A stretch of 64,000 bases of DNA from Candidatus Babeliales bacterium (GTDB lineage: Bacteria > Babelota > Babeliae > Babelales > JANWKD01): positions 352,001 through 416,000 of the forward strand of contig CAVRJO010000001.1 of the NCBI GenBank assembly GCA_963722255.1. The letters run 5' to 3'. The first letter of the stretch is position 1. The number at the start of each line of letters is the position of its first letter. Below are positions 56,227 to 64,000 of this stretch, piece after piece. The translations under genes were made by a program, and so were the position numbers. The notes under the pieces were generated by a model. The model worked only from the letters and a program-made list of their open reading frames with translations. It ran no database searches and was not told the origin of the DNA.

Positions 56227-56874
56227 ATGAAACAATACTTTTTACCAACATTTTTTATTTTTTTAAATGTCTTTAAACCAACTCTCTGCATGCAAAGAGA
56301 TTTCGCTCTCCATAAAGAAAGAAATCTGTATCGTTGGTCACAACTTATGTATATTCAAGCACTTATGGAGCCAAACCTACTCGTTCAACAGGACCTTTTT
56401 AATCAAGCCCATACCTTAGCAACGACAAAAGACCTTAGAAAGAAAATCGAAAAATCAAAAAGATTTGCGCAAAAAAGCTATGCTGCCGATGCAAAAAAAG
56501 CCCTTCTATCAAAGTTAGTTGCTCAACAACTAGTAAAAGAGGCCAAAAGGAAAAATAAAGAATTAGCGCACAAAAAAGCAGAATTATCAAAAAGCAAACA
56601 ACGAAAAATAATTCGTCAAGAGTATATTCGATTAGTAGAAGAAAAAAACAGGCTCTTGGATCTTGCACAAAAAGAATATATTGCTGCAGCAATGTTCTAT
56701 CTTTTAGTATATGACAATGCACAAAAAGAGCGGTATCTTTCATATGCTGAAGATATTGTCAGCAAAAAGATATATGAAATTGAAATTGAACAGATGTCAA
56801 CCTCACATATCTTTACTATATATAATGAAAAAATTAATCTTTTTAAAGAAATACAAAAACGCAAAGGAAATTAG
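56227..56874 (+). CDS. Hypothetical exported basic helical protein (signal peptide + Met motif)
   Basis: MKQYFLPTFFIFLNVFKPTLC|MQR; K-rich coiled coil. Confidence 0.65.
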   Translation: MKQYFLPTFFIFLNVFKPTLCMQRDFALHKERNLYRWSQLMYIQALMEPNLLVQQDLFNQAHTLATTKDLRKKIEKSKRFAQKSYAADAKKALLSKLVAQQLVKEAKRKNKELAHKKAELSKSKQRKIIRQEYIRLVEEKNRLLDLAQKEYIAAAMFYLLVYDNAQKERYLSYAEDIVSKKIYEIEIEQMSTSHIFTIYNEKINLFKEIQKRKGN

Positions 56875-56876
56875 TT

Positions 56877-58958
56877 ATGAAATCTGGTAGTATACTAGTG
56901 GTTGCTTTACTAATACTCATAAGCGGCCTTATTTTTTGGCATATAACACTCAAAACAGAAAATTACACTATGATATATTCAATAAAAACAGTAGATGATA
57001 TTCATAAAATTTTTCCACATGATATCGCTGGAATTAAGTCACTAGCGTCTCAAGCAATACAAGAGGCAGAACAAAGGATCGCAGAGCTCATTGAACGTAC
57101 ACCTGAAAAACGAACTGTTGAAAATACTCTTTATGGATTCGATACGGCCTACATGCATTTTAGGCAAGCAATTGCCACGCTTGAAGCCCTTGTGTTATTA
57201 AGTCCTGATGATGCAATTCGCACAGAAGCAGAAAAAGAATCAGTCGTACTTCAAAAAAAATTTATAGATCTTTTTGCCCAAAATAAAGCATTATATACTG
57301 TGCTCAATGAGTTTAATGAAGCGTATAAAAATAGCCCTTTACTCTCAGCAGAAGAGCATTATTTTCTTAACGAAACAGTCTTGGATTATCAACGAAATGG
57401 CCTTGATCTACCTGACGAACAACGTAAAAAGGTTATCGAATTACAAAAAGAGCTTGCTGAGCTTTGTACTGAATTTTCTCAAAATATCGCAACCGACAAA
57501 AGTTCTATAACGGTAACGCGTAATGAACTTGCTGGCTTAGAAGATTCATTTATTGATGCTTTAAAAAAGACGGACGATGGCCGTTTTATTCTTGGCGTCG
57601 ATTATCCAACATTTTTTGCTGTAATGTCATTTGCACAATCAAGCGAAACGCGAAAAAAATTATACAATGCCTTTAATAATCGCGCATATCCTATAAATAC
57701 CCCCGTTTTACAAAAAATAATCGAAAAACGACATGAATTGGCTCAAATGCTTGGGTTTACAAGCTTTGCACATCTTTCATTGGCAAGTGAAATGGTGCAT
57801 AATCCTGAACGAGCATTGCAATTTCTTACTGACCTTCTTAAAAGAATCAATACTAAAGAAGCATTAGAGTTTAAAGAATTAACCAAAGAGCTTCCGCCTT
57901 CTGTCAAACTTTCAAATGGGAAAATGCATCCTTGGGATAAAACCTATCTTATTGAACAGTACAAAAAATCACATTTTAATCTCGATGAAAACCTTATAAC
58001 TCATTATTTCCCCATGGATAACACCATTAAAGAACTTTTATCAATTTATGAACAGTTTTTAAACGTTACCTTTAAAGAGGAACCAATAAAAGGTTTATGG
58101 CATCCCGATGTCCGCTGTATTGCCGTTTACAATAATAATCAATTAGCTGGATATCTTTTACTTGATCTTTATCCTAGACCCAATAAATTCAGCCATGCAT
58201 GCCAAACAACTATAATACCAGCACGAATCAATAACGATGGCTCAATTGAACCAGCACTTGCAATTGTTATTGCAAACTTTCCAAAAGCTACAGCAACACA
58301 GCCAGCCTTGCTTCCACGGCGCGATGTTACGACTTTTTTCCATGAATTTGGCCATGCATTACATGCTTTACTTGGCGCTACACATCTTGCTGCAACATCA
58401 GGAACCAATGTAAAAACAGATTTTGTTGAAATGCCATCACAGATGCTGGAAGAATGGCTTTGGGACAAAGATATCCTAAAGAAAATTAGTTCACATTATC
58501 AAACAGGGAAACCACTTTCTGATGATGTTATCAATACCCTACTAAGCATTAAAAATATTAGTACCGGCAATGATCTACAGCGTCAAATTGTCTTTGGTCT
58601 TTTATCACTTACACTTTTTAATGAAAGTGATAAGAAAGATATTGATGCTATTTTCAAAAAGATTTATGAAAATACCCGTGTTCATGAAGAATTTGACCCT
58701 AACGCACATCCTTATGATTCTTTTGGCCATTTAACCGATTATGGTGCAAAATATTACAGCTATTTATGGTCAAAAGTATTTGCTCTTGATCTTTTTGAAA
58801 CAATAAAAAAAGTTGGTTTATTAAACCCGGAAATTGGGGTTCGCTATAAAGAGATGATTCTTGCACCGGGCGGTAGCAAAGATCCTAATGAATTATTAAA
58901 AGATTTCTTAGGTCGTGAACCTAATAATGATGCGTTTATGCATGATTTAGGATTGTAA
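56877..58958 (+). CDS. M3A family oligopeptidase (thimet oligopeptidase-like) with N-terminal anchor
   Basis: LDLYPRPNK, FHEFGHALH, DFVEMPSQMLEEW, YYSYLWSKVFA, FLGREP. Confidence 0.92.
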   Translation: MKSGSILVVALLILISGLIFWHITLKTENYTMIYSIKTVDDIHKIFPHDIAGIKSLASQAIQEAEQRIAELIERTPEKRTVENTLYGFDTAYMHFRQAIATLEALVLLSPDDAIRTEAEKESVVLQKKFIDLFAQNKALYTVLNEFNEAYKNSPLLSAEEHYFLNETVLDYQRNGLDLPDEQRKKVIELQKELAELCTEFSQNIATDKSSITVTRNELAGLEDSFIDALKKTDDGRFILGVDYPTFFAVMSFAQSSETRKKLYNAFNNRAYPINTPVLQKIIEKRHELAQMLGFTSFAHLSLASEMVHNPERALQFLTDLLKRINTKEALEFKELTKELPPSVKLSNGKMHPWDKTYLIEQYKKSHFNLDENLITHYFPMDNTIKELLSIYEQFLNVTFKEEPIKGLWHPDVRCIAVYNNNQLAGYLLLDLYPRPNKFSHACQTTIIPARINNDGSIEPALAIVIANFPKATATQPALLPRRDVTTFFHEFGHALHALLGATHLAATSGTNVKTDFVEMPSQMLEEWLWDKDILKKISSHYQTGKPLSDDVINTLLSIKNISTGNDLQRQIVFGLLSLTLFNESDKKDIDAIFKKIYENTRVHEEFDPNAHPYDSFGHLTDYGAKYYSYLWSKVFALDLFETIKKVGLLNPEIGVRYKEMILAPGGSKDPNELLKDFLGREPNNDAFMHDLGL

Positions 58959-58963
58959 CAAAA

Positions 58964-59006
58964 AGAAAGAGGCGTTTATGAAGAAATTTTCATAAGCGCC
59001 TTTTCT
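58964..59006. terminator. Bidirectional terminator
   Basis: agaaagaggcgtttatgaa / ttcataagcgccttttct. Confidence 0.7.
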
Positions 59007-59011
59007 ATTTT

Positions 59012-59384
59012 TTAATAGAATATATAGCCTGATTTTAAATACCATGATGCAATAAGCCAACGGTGACAGCCCATGCTTCTGCAGTAAATGCATTTGTTAT
59101 ACCACCACTCAGTCCTCCAGCAACAATTCCAGCTATCACAGTTTTAGTAAGCACCTCAGTAGCTACTCCGTAGCGAATATTCTATCCATTTCACTATACG
59201 TAAGCGCTGCTGGAATAACAAATGTTGGAATTACAGTAGCAGCAATTGTTACAGCTGTTTTCGCCTTAGGATGTGTTGCAAAATAGTTTCTAAGATCTTG
59301 TAACCCAATACCAAAAGTCTGGGTTGAAGCCGAAACTAAAACTATCGCCAATGCTATTTTAGAAATTAATGATTTTTTCATCAT
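59012..59384 (-). pseudogene. Small exported membrane protein family, copy 1 (frameshifted or sequence error)
   Basis: MMKKSLISKIALAIVLVSASTQTFG leader; ORF stops at 59163 but a hydrophobic continuation (VIAGIVAGGLSGG...) lies in another frame; 3' end approximate. Confidence 0.55.
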
Positions 59385-59481
59385 TTGTCCTTTATTTTAA
59401 CTAAAAAAATAACAATTTTACTCTATAATTCTATAAAATATATCATATTTGTCAATTTTCTATAATGCCTTCAAAAGGCTT

Positions 59482-59857
59482 TTATTTGTTAATGATTCCT
59501 GGTATAAAGAAAAAACCACATAATGAGGCTAAGCTTACACCGGCTAATCCTGTAGCAACACAATATTCAGCAGGGTAGTTTTTAGCTAAGATACGATACG
59601 AATGCCTCCAATACTCTACCAAGAAGGTTAACAAATTCATTCCTGTGTTTACACGTTGACGTGCAACCATAATATCCCATAAAGTCAAATCGACGGGAAT
59701 TACAGTAGCCGGTATCAATGTTGCTGCAGCAACCAAACTGCCTTTAATTACTGGATGCTTTTAAACCACTCAATACCTGAACCACCAAATGCCTGAGTTG
59801 AAGCTGAAACTAAAACTATCGCTAATGCTATTTTAGAAATTAATGTTTTTTCATCAT
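59482..59857 (-). pseudogene. Small exported membrane protein family, copy 2 (two apparent 1-nt deletions)
   Basis: Same leader ISKIALAIVLVSASTQAFG; lacks one base near 59845 and one A near 59760 relative to the continuous frame; shares LAKNYPAEY with copy 3 LAEKYPAGY. Confidence 0.6.
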
Positions 59858-59977
59858 TTTGTCCTTTATTTTAACTATAAAAAATAACAATTTTACTCTA
59901 TAATTCTATCAAATATATCATATTTGTCAATTTTATATAATACATTCAAAAAAAGTACAAATGTGTCCATTATATGC

Positions 59978-60023
59978 TCGTGAGCCTAATAATGATGCGT
60001 TTATGCACGATTTGGGATTATAA
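59978..60023 (+). repeat. Orphan copy of the last 46 nt of the M3 peptidase gene
   Basis: 42/46 identical to 58913-58958 (REPNNDAFMHDLGL*). Confidence 0.85.
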
Positions 60024-60027
60024 TAAA

Positions 60028-60062
60028 AAAGAGGATATTGCACTTAATGCAATATCCTCTTT
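60028..60062. terminator. Bidirectional terminator
   Basis: aaagaggatattgca / tgcaatatcctcttt. Confidence 0.72.
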
Positions 60063-60126
60063 GTATCTCTAAACTACAATCTATTTTTATCAATAATTAG
60101 CTGCAAAAATCAATCCCGGTAATGCA

Positions 60127-60483
60127 TCACAAAGCATTACTAATGAAAATAGTTGCAAAAGTTAATGCTACAGCAGTTACATATCCAGCTGGATATTTTT
60201 CAGCTAATGTTCGTGAAGCAAATGCAATTCCAGCACCAATACCACAATCAACTGCTAGCATAGTTGCCGAAAGATTATGCCCATCAGCCTGTTGTAAAAA
60301 AGCTAGCATTACAGGAATGTAAGTCGCAGGTACATAAGTCGCAATGTTAACAACTGTGGATTTAACAAGCGGCTTTTTAAAAAATTTTTTAACATCTTTT
60401 ATCCCAATACCAAAAGCCTGGGTTGAAGCCGAAACTAATACTATAGCCAACGCTATTTTAGAAATTAATGATTTTTTCATCAT
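60127..60483 (-). CDS. Small exported membrane protein family, copy 3 (open frame)
   Basis: MMKKSLISKIALAIVLVSASTQAFG leader, about three hydrophobic helices; AAGGA RBS. Confidence 0.72.
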   Translation of the reverse strand: MMKKSLISKIALAIVLVSASTQAFGIGIKDVKKFFKKPLVKSTVVNIATYVPATYIPVMLAFLQQADGHNLSATMLAVDCGIGAGIAFASRTLAEKYPAGYVTAVALTFATIFISNAL

Positions 60484-60687
60484 TTATCCTTTATTTTAAC
60501 TAAAAAAAATAACAATTTTACTCTGCAATTCTATCAAATATATCATATTTGTCAATTTTTGTTAAAAATAAGCTTTTCAGATTCCCCCAGGAAGGCGACA
60601 GCGCTTCGATGCTTTTGACAAAATAGTCAATTTTATAATAATCTATATTTGTATTATTAAATATATATAAAAAATGGAATAGTTTCT

Positions 60688-62756
60688 ATGAAAAAAATAC
60701 ATATACTTTTAACACTCTTTCTTGGGGTGACCGTGCTCACCTTAGTTAGTCTCAACAATAGACAGGTACCAACCTCAGGTCACAAAGCTTTATTTCAAAA
60801 AATGTTTCCTAAGACAGAAAAGGAAATTGTTGCTCTAGCAACAAAGGCTATTCAAGAAGCGAAAGAATCCCTGGCTAAATTGACTTCAGGAAGCCAGGAA
60901 CAGAGAACTTTTGCCACTACAATTCAGGCGTATGATACCATAAAAAATAACTTTCTAAATACAAGCCGTATTATAGGAGCAATCCCTATGGTATATCCTC
61001 AGGAGGCTTTAAGAACCAGAGCCCAGGAACAATTATTACTCTTACAAAAAGCAGAAATTGAGCTTTTTGAACATAATCATGATCTTTTTACTACACTTAA
61101 GAGGTATTATAAGGAAAAAGCTCCTTCTGAAAATCTTACTGAAACGCAAACCAATTTTCTTGAATCGGTAATGCAAGGTTTTAAAACAACAGGTCTTACC
61201 TTATCTCCTGATCAAAAAAAAGAAGTGATTGAACTCAAACAAAGAATTACAACCCTGTCTATCACATTCCAAAAAAATATTTCAAAACCTCATGATAAAA
61301 CCTTATTAGTTTCTGGCCAAGATCTTCAAGGTCTTTCTGAAAATTTTATAAAAAATTTAAAACAAACCGCTGATGGACATTACATACTTACGTGCGATTC
61401 TGGTACGTATACAACAATTATGATCTCATGTTCAGTAAGTTCAACACGAGAAAAAATTTATAAGCTCTTTCTTGATCGTTCATATCCAAACAATATGGAT
61501 GTATTAAAAGATTTGCTTACCTGCAAAAACAAGCTTGCTCAGTTGCTGGGATATGCAAGTGGAGCAGATCTTGAATTGTGTACCACTATGGCAAAAACAC
61601 CTGAATGCGCTGAACAGTTTCTTATGAAGCTTGCACACGACATCGAACCTCTGGAAACGCAAGAATTTAAAACTCTTATACAAAATCTTCCATCAGATGT
61701 CAGATTATCACCAGATGGAAAACTTTACCCTTGGGATAGAACCTATCTCATGGAACAGTATAAAAAAAACAAAAGCACCCTCGATGAAAATCTCATTGCA
61801 GAATATTTTCCTCTAGAAAACACGCTTAAAGAACTTTTTTCATTATATGAAAAGTTTTTTAACATACAATTTCATCGTGAACCAATTCATGGTCTTTGGG
61901 ATCAAGATCTTCAGATTCTTACTATTTACCAAAATAATGAAATCGTAGGTTACTTACTCCTCGATCTTTTTGCAAGACCAAATAAATTTCATAATGCCTG
62001 CCACACAGCGCTTATTACTCCACAACTTTTAACCACAGGTGCAATCAAACCGGGTGTATCATTGGTGCTTGCACATTTTGCGCGACCGCTTAAAAACCAT
62101 ACAACTCTTTTAAAACATGATGATGTTTCAACACTCTATCATGAATTTGGGCACGCACTGCAGCGTTGCTCGGCGCATCACCCTTTGCAACAGTTTCAGG
62201 AACCTTGGTAAAAAGAGATTTTGTTGAAGTACCATCGCAAATGCTTGAAGAATGGTTGTGGGATAAAGAAATTTTACAAAAGATAAGCTCACATTATAAA
62301 ACAAAAGAATCTTTGCCGGATACCCTCGCTGACACACTCATAGCAACTAAAAAAATTCATGCGGCAACACATGCACAAACCCAACTATTCTATTCGCTTA
62401 TGTCATTACTCTTTTTTAAGGATGGTGCACGTGAAGATTTACATGGCTTGTTTAAAAAGATTTACCAGCAAGTAAAGGTTCATGATTATTATTGCTCAGA
62501 AGTCCACGGCTACCTCTCATTTACCCATTTTATTACCTATGATGCTAAATATTATAGTTATGTATGGTCAAAAGTATTTGCGCTTGATCTTTTTGATTCT
62601 ATAAAAAAAGTCGGTTTATTAAATCCGGAAGTTGGCGTTCGATTTAAAGAAATTGTTCTCGCACCGGGTGGCAGCAAAGATCCTCATGCTTTACTTGTAG
62701 AGTTTCTAGGCCGAGAGCCAAATGATACTGCATATCTGAATAATTTGAAGCTTTAA
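60688..62756 (+). CDS. M3A oligopeptidase paralogue, 1-nt frameshift near 62162
   Basis: ORFs 60688-62211 and 62166-62756 join: HEFGHAL-ca(t)-gcg-ttg restores HALLGA as in the paralogue; DFVEVPSQMLEEW, FLGREP. Confidence 0.85.
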
Positions 62757-62764
62757 AAAATAAA

Positions 62765-62793
62765 AGCCGCTGTAGATAATAACCACAGCGGCC
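62765..62793. terminator. Hairpin between convergent genes
   Basis: gccgctgt / acagcggc stem. Confidence 0.6.
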
Positions 62794-62818
62794 TAACAAA
62801 TATAATACTAATAGTAGA

Positions 62819-63406
62819 TTAGTTCACACGATACTCATTAATTCCACGATAAACTAAAGCACCACCCACTAAGGAATAGGGAAGCCATTTACTAAAAGAC
62901 CCCGCAAATGTAGCAACCATTCTTAATTTTGAAGTTTTTTCTTTTCTTCTTTTTGCATCTGCACAATAAGCAAAAGCATTCTTTAAAGCAGGAATGGAAA
63001 TAAGTCCTACTACAATTGCTGTTGGCTTAATCAAAGAAGTTAATTCTACTTGTTGAGACCATGAACAACAGCGCGCCGCAAGAGCACAGCCTATACCTGC
63101 AGGAAGTCCGTAGCAGAGTGTATCTATAAAACTTTCACCCAAAATATCTATTTTTTTGCTCATAAGACGACCCCATAAATCAGTACGTTGTTTATAGAAA
63201 TTGATCCAATCATCTGATTCAACTAAAACTTTAGTAACTAATTTACTAGCACCAACAAAAGCGGCCGCCGCAAGAGCTATTTTTCCAGCTTCTTTGGTTA
63301 ACACGGTATTCTTGAGCATTTCAGCATACTGCATAGAAAAAACCGTACTTGACGATCCAACAAGCATTATCCCCATAAAAATCTTTGAAAATTGAAAATT
63401 TTTCAT
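62819..63406 (-). CDS. Hypothetical exported membrane protein (signal peptide + Met motif)
   Basis: AAGGA RBS; MKNFQFSKIFMGIMLVGSSSTVFS|MQY; several TM helices. Confidence 0.68.
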   Translation of the reverse strand: MKNFQFSKIFMGIMLVGSSSTVFSMQYAEMLKNTVLTKEAGKIALAAAAFVGASKLVTKVLVESDDWINFYKQRTDLWGRLMSKKIDILGESFIDTLCYGLPAGIGCALAARCCSWSQQVELTSLIKPTAIVVGLISIPALKNAFAYCADAKRRKEKTSKLRMVATFAGSFSKWLPYSLVGGALVYRGINEYRVN

Positions 63407-63494
63407 AATAAAATCCTTTATGTATATATATTTTTTCATTTTCAAAATTGTAGGATAAATTGATTGGTCCGTCAATTAATCGATTTTTTTGTAA

Positions 63495-64000
63495 TCAATT
63501 TTTTTGAGGTTCAGCAATCAGTTCATAGATATACACAGAGGTTGATGACGACCACGTCATCGGTAATTGTAAGGTATCTTGCAATACAAAACGCTTATGT
63601 GCTGGCAATTGCTTTAAGGTAACTATACGAAGTCCAGGTTTTAATGTTAAAAGCTTATTGCTAATCTTTTGCATCAACTCCGGGCTAAAACAGGTAGAGC
63701 ACATAAAAAATATCGTTACATCATTGGGAAGCGCATCAAGAATATCCGCATGATAGAATTCTAATGAACGATTTCGAGGTAAAAGGTTATCTTTTGCAAG
63801 AGCATTTTTAATCTTTAAAGCTTTTTCAAATCGTTCTTTGGATAATTCTATACCAATACTTTTTACAACATCAGTAGCAAAGAAAAAATGAACAACAAGT
63901 TTACCAACTCCCGAACCTGCATCAACAAAAACATCAGTTTTTTGCGGCTTAAGGTATTTTATGAGCTCATCGGCACCCTCAACGGTCATTTCACCATAGG
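63495..64000 (-). CDS. Class I SAM methyltransferase, DOT1-like (5' end outside the window)
   Basis: Frame open to the window end: YGEMT...FVDAGSGVGK...SIGIELS..RF...FFMCSTCF...RIVTL. Confidence 0.78.
   Translation of the reverse strand, partial: YGEMTVEGADELIKYLKPQKTDVFVDAGSGVGKLVVHFFFATDVVKSIGIELSKERFEKALKIKNALAKDNLLPRNRSLEFYHADILDALPNDVTIFFMCSTCFSPELMQKISNKLLTLKPGLRIVTLKQLPAHKRFVLQDTLQLPMTWSSSTSVYIYELIAEPQKN

Noticed and set aside
59300..60560. CRISPR-like reading of the three repeated blocks
   Set aside because: Repeats are ~155 bp, contain promoter/RBS/leader, are irregularly spaced, and no cas genes are present.

Overview
AT-rich bacterial chromosome segment that I infer belongs to an obligate intracellular parasite of protists, most likely Dependentiae/Babelota (TM6). 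This rests on gene content and protein style and needs a 16S classification to confirm. It contains a complete minus-strand rRNA operon (16S, tRNA-Ile, tRNA-Ala, 23S, 5S) and housekeeping genes (tkt partial, gmk, prfB, a DeaD-like helicase, umuDC, ilvE, leuS, tal/fsa, uvrB, an ABC-2 transporter). Mobile DNA comprises one intact IS1202/ISNCY-type element with a 17-bp target duplication and two members of a composite MITE-like family. There are many lineage-specific exported proteins, often as local paralogue sets. The strongest unexplained signal: 17 mostly unrelated secreted proteins have a Sec-type signal peptide whose predicted cleavage exposes a new N-terminal Met, followed in 14 of 17 by E/Q/N. 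Several also carry eukaryote-directed modules (SKP1-like + WD40 + NLS-like tail, BC-box-like + ankyrin-like, C-terminal CaaX). A DOT1-like methyltransferase and an exported ADP-ribosylglycohydrolase also look like effectors. Single-base indels in leuS (many), AAA paralogue 2, M3 paralogue 2 and the 59-60 kb array suggest local sequencing/assembly error, so frameshift calls are provisional.
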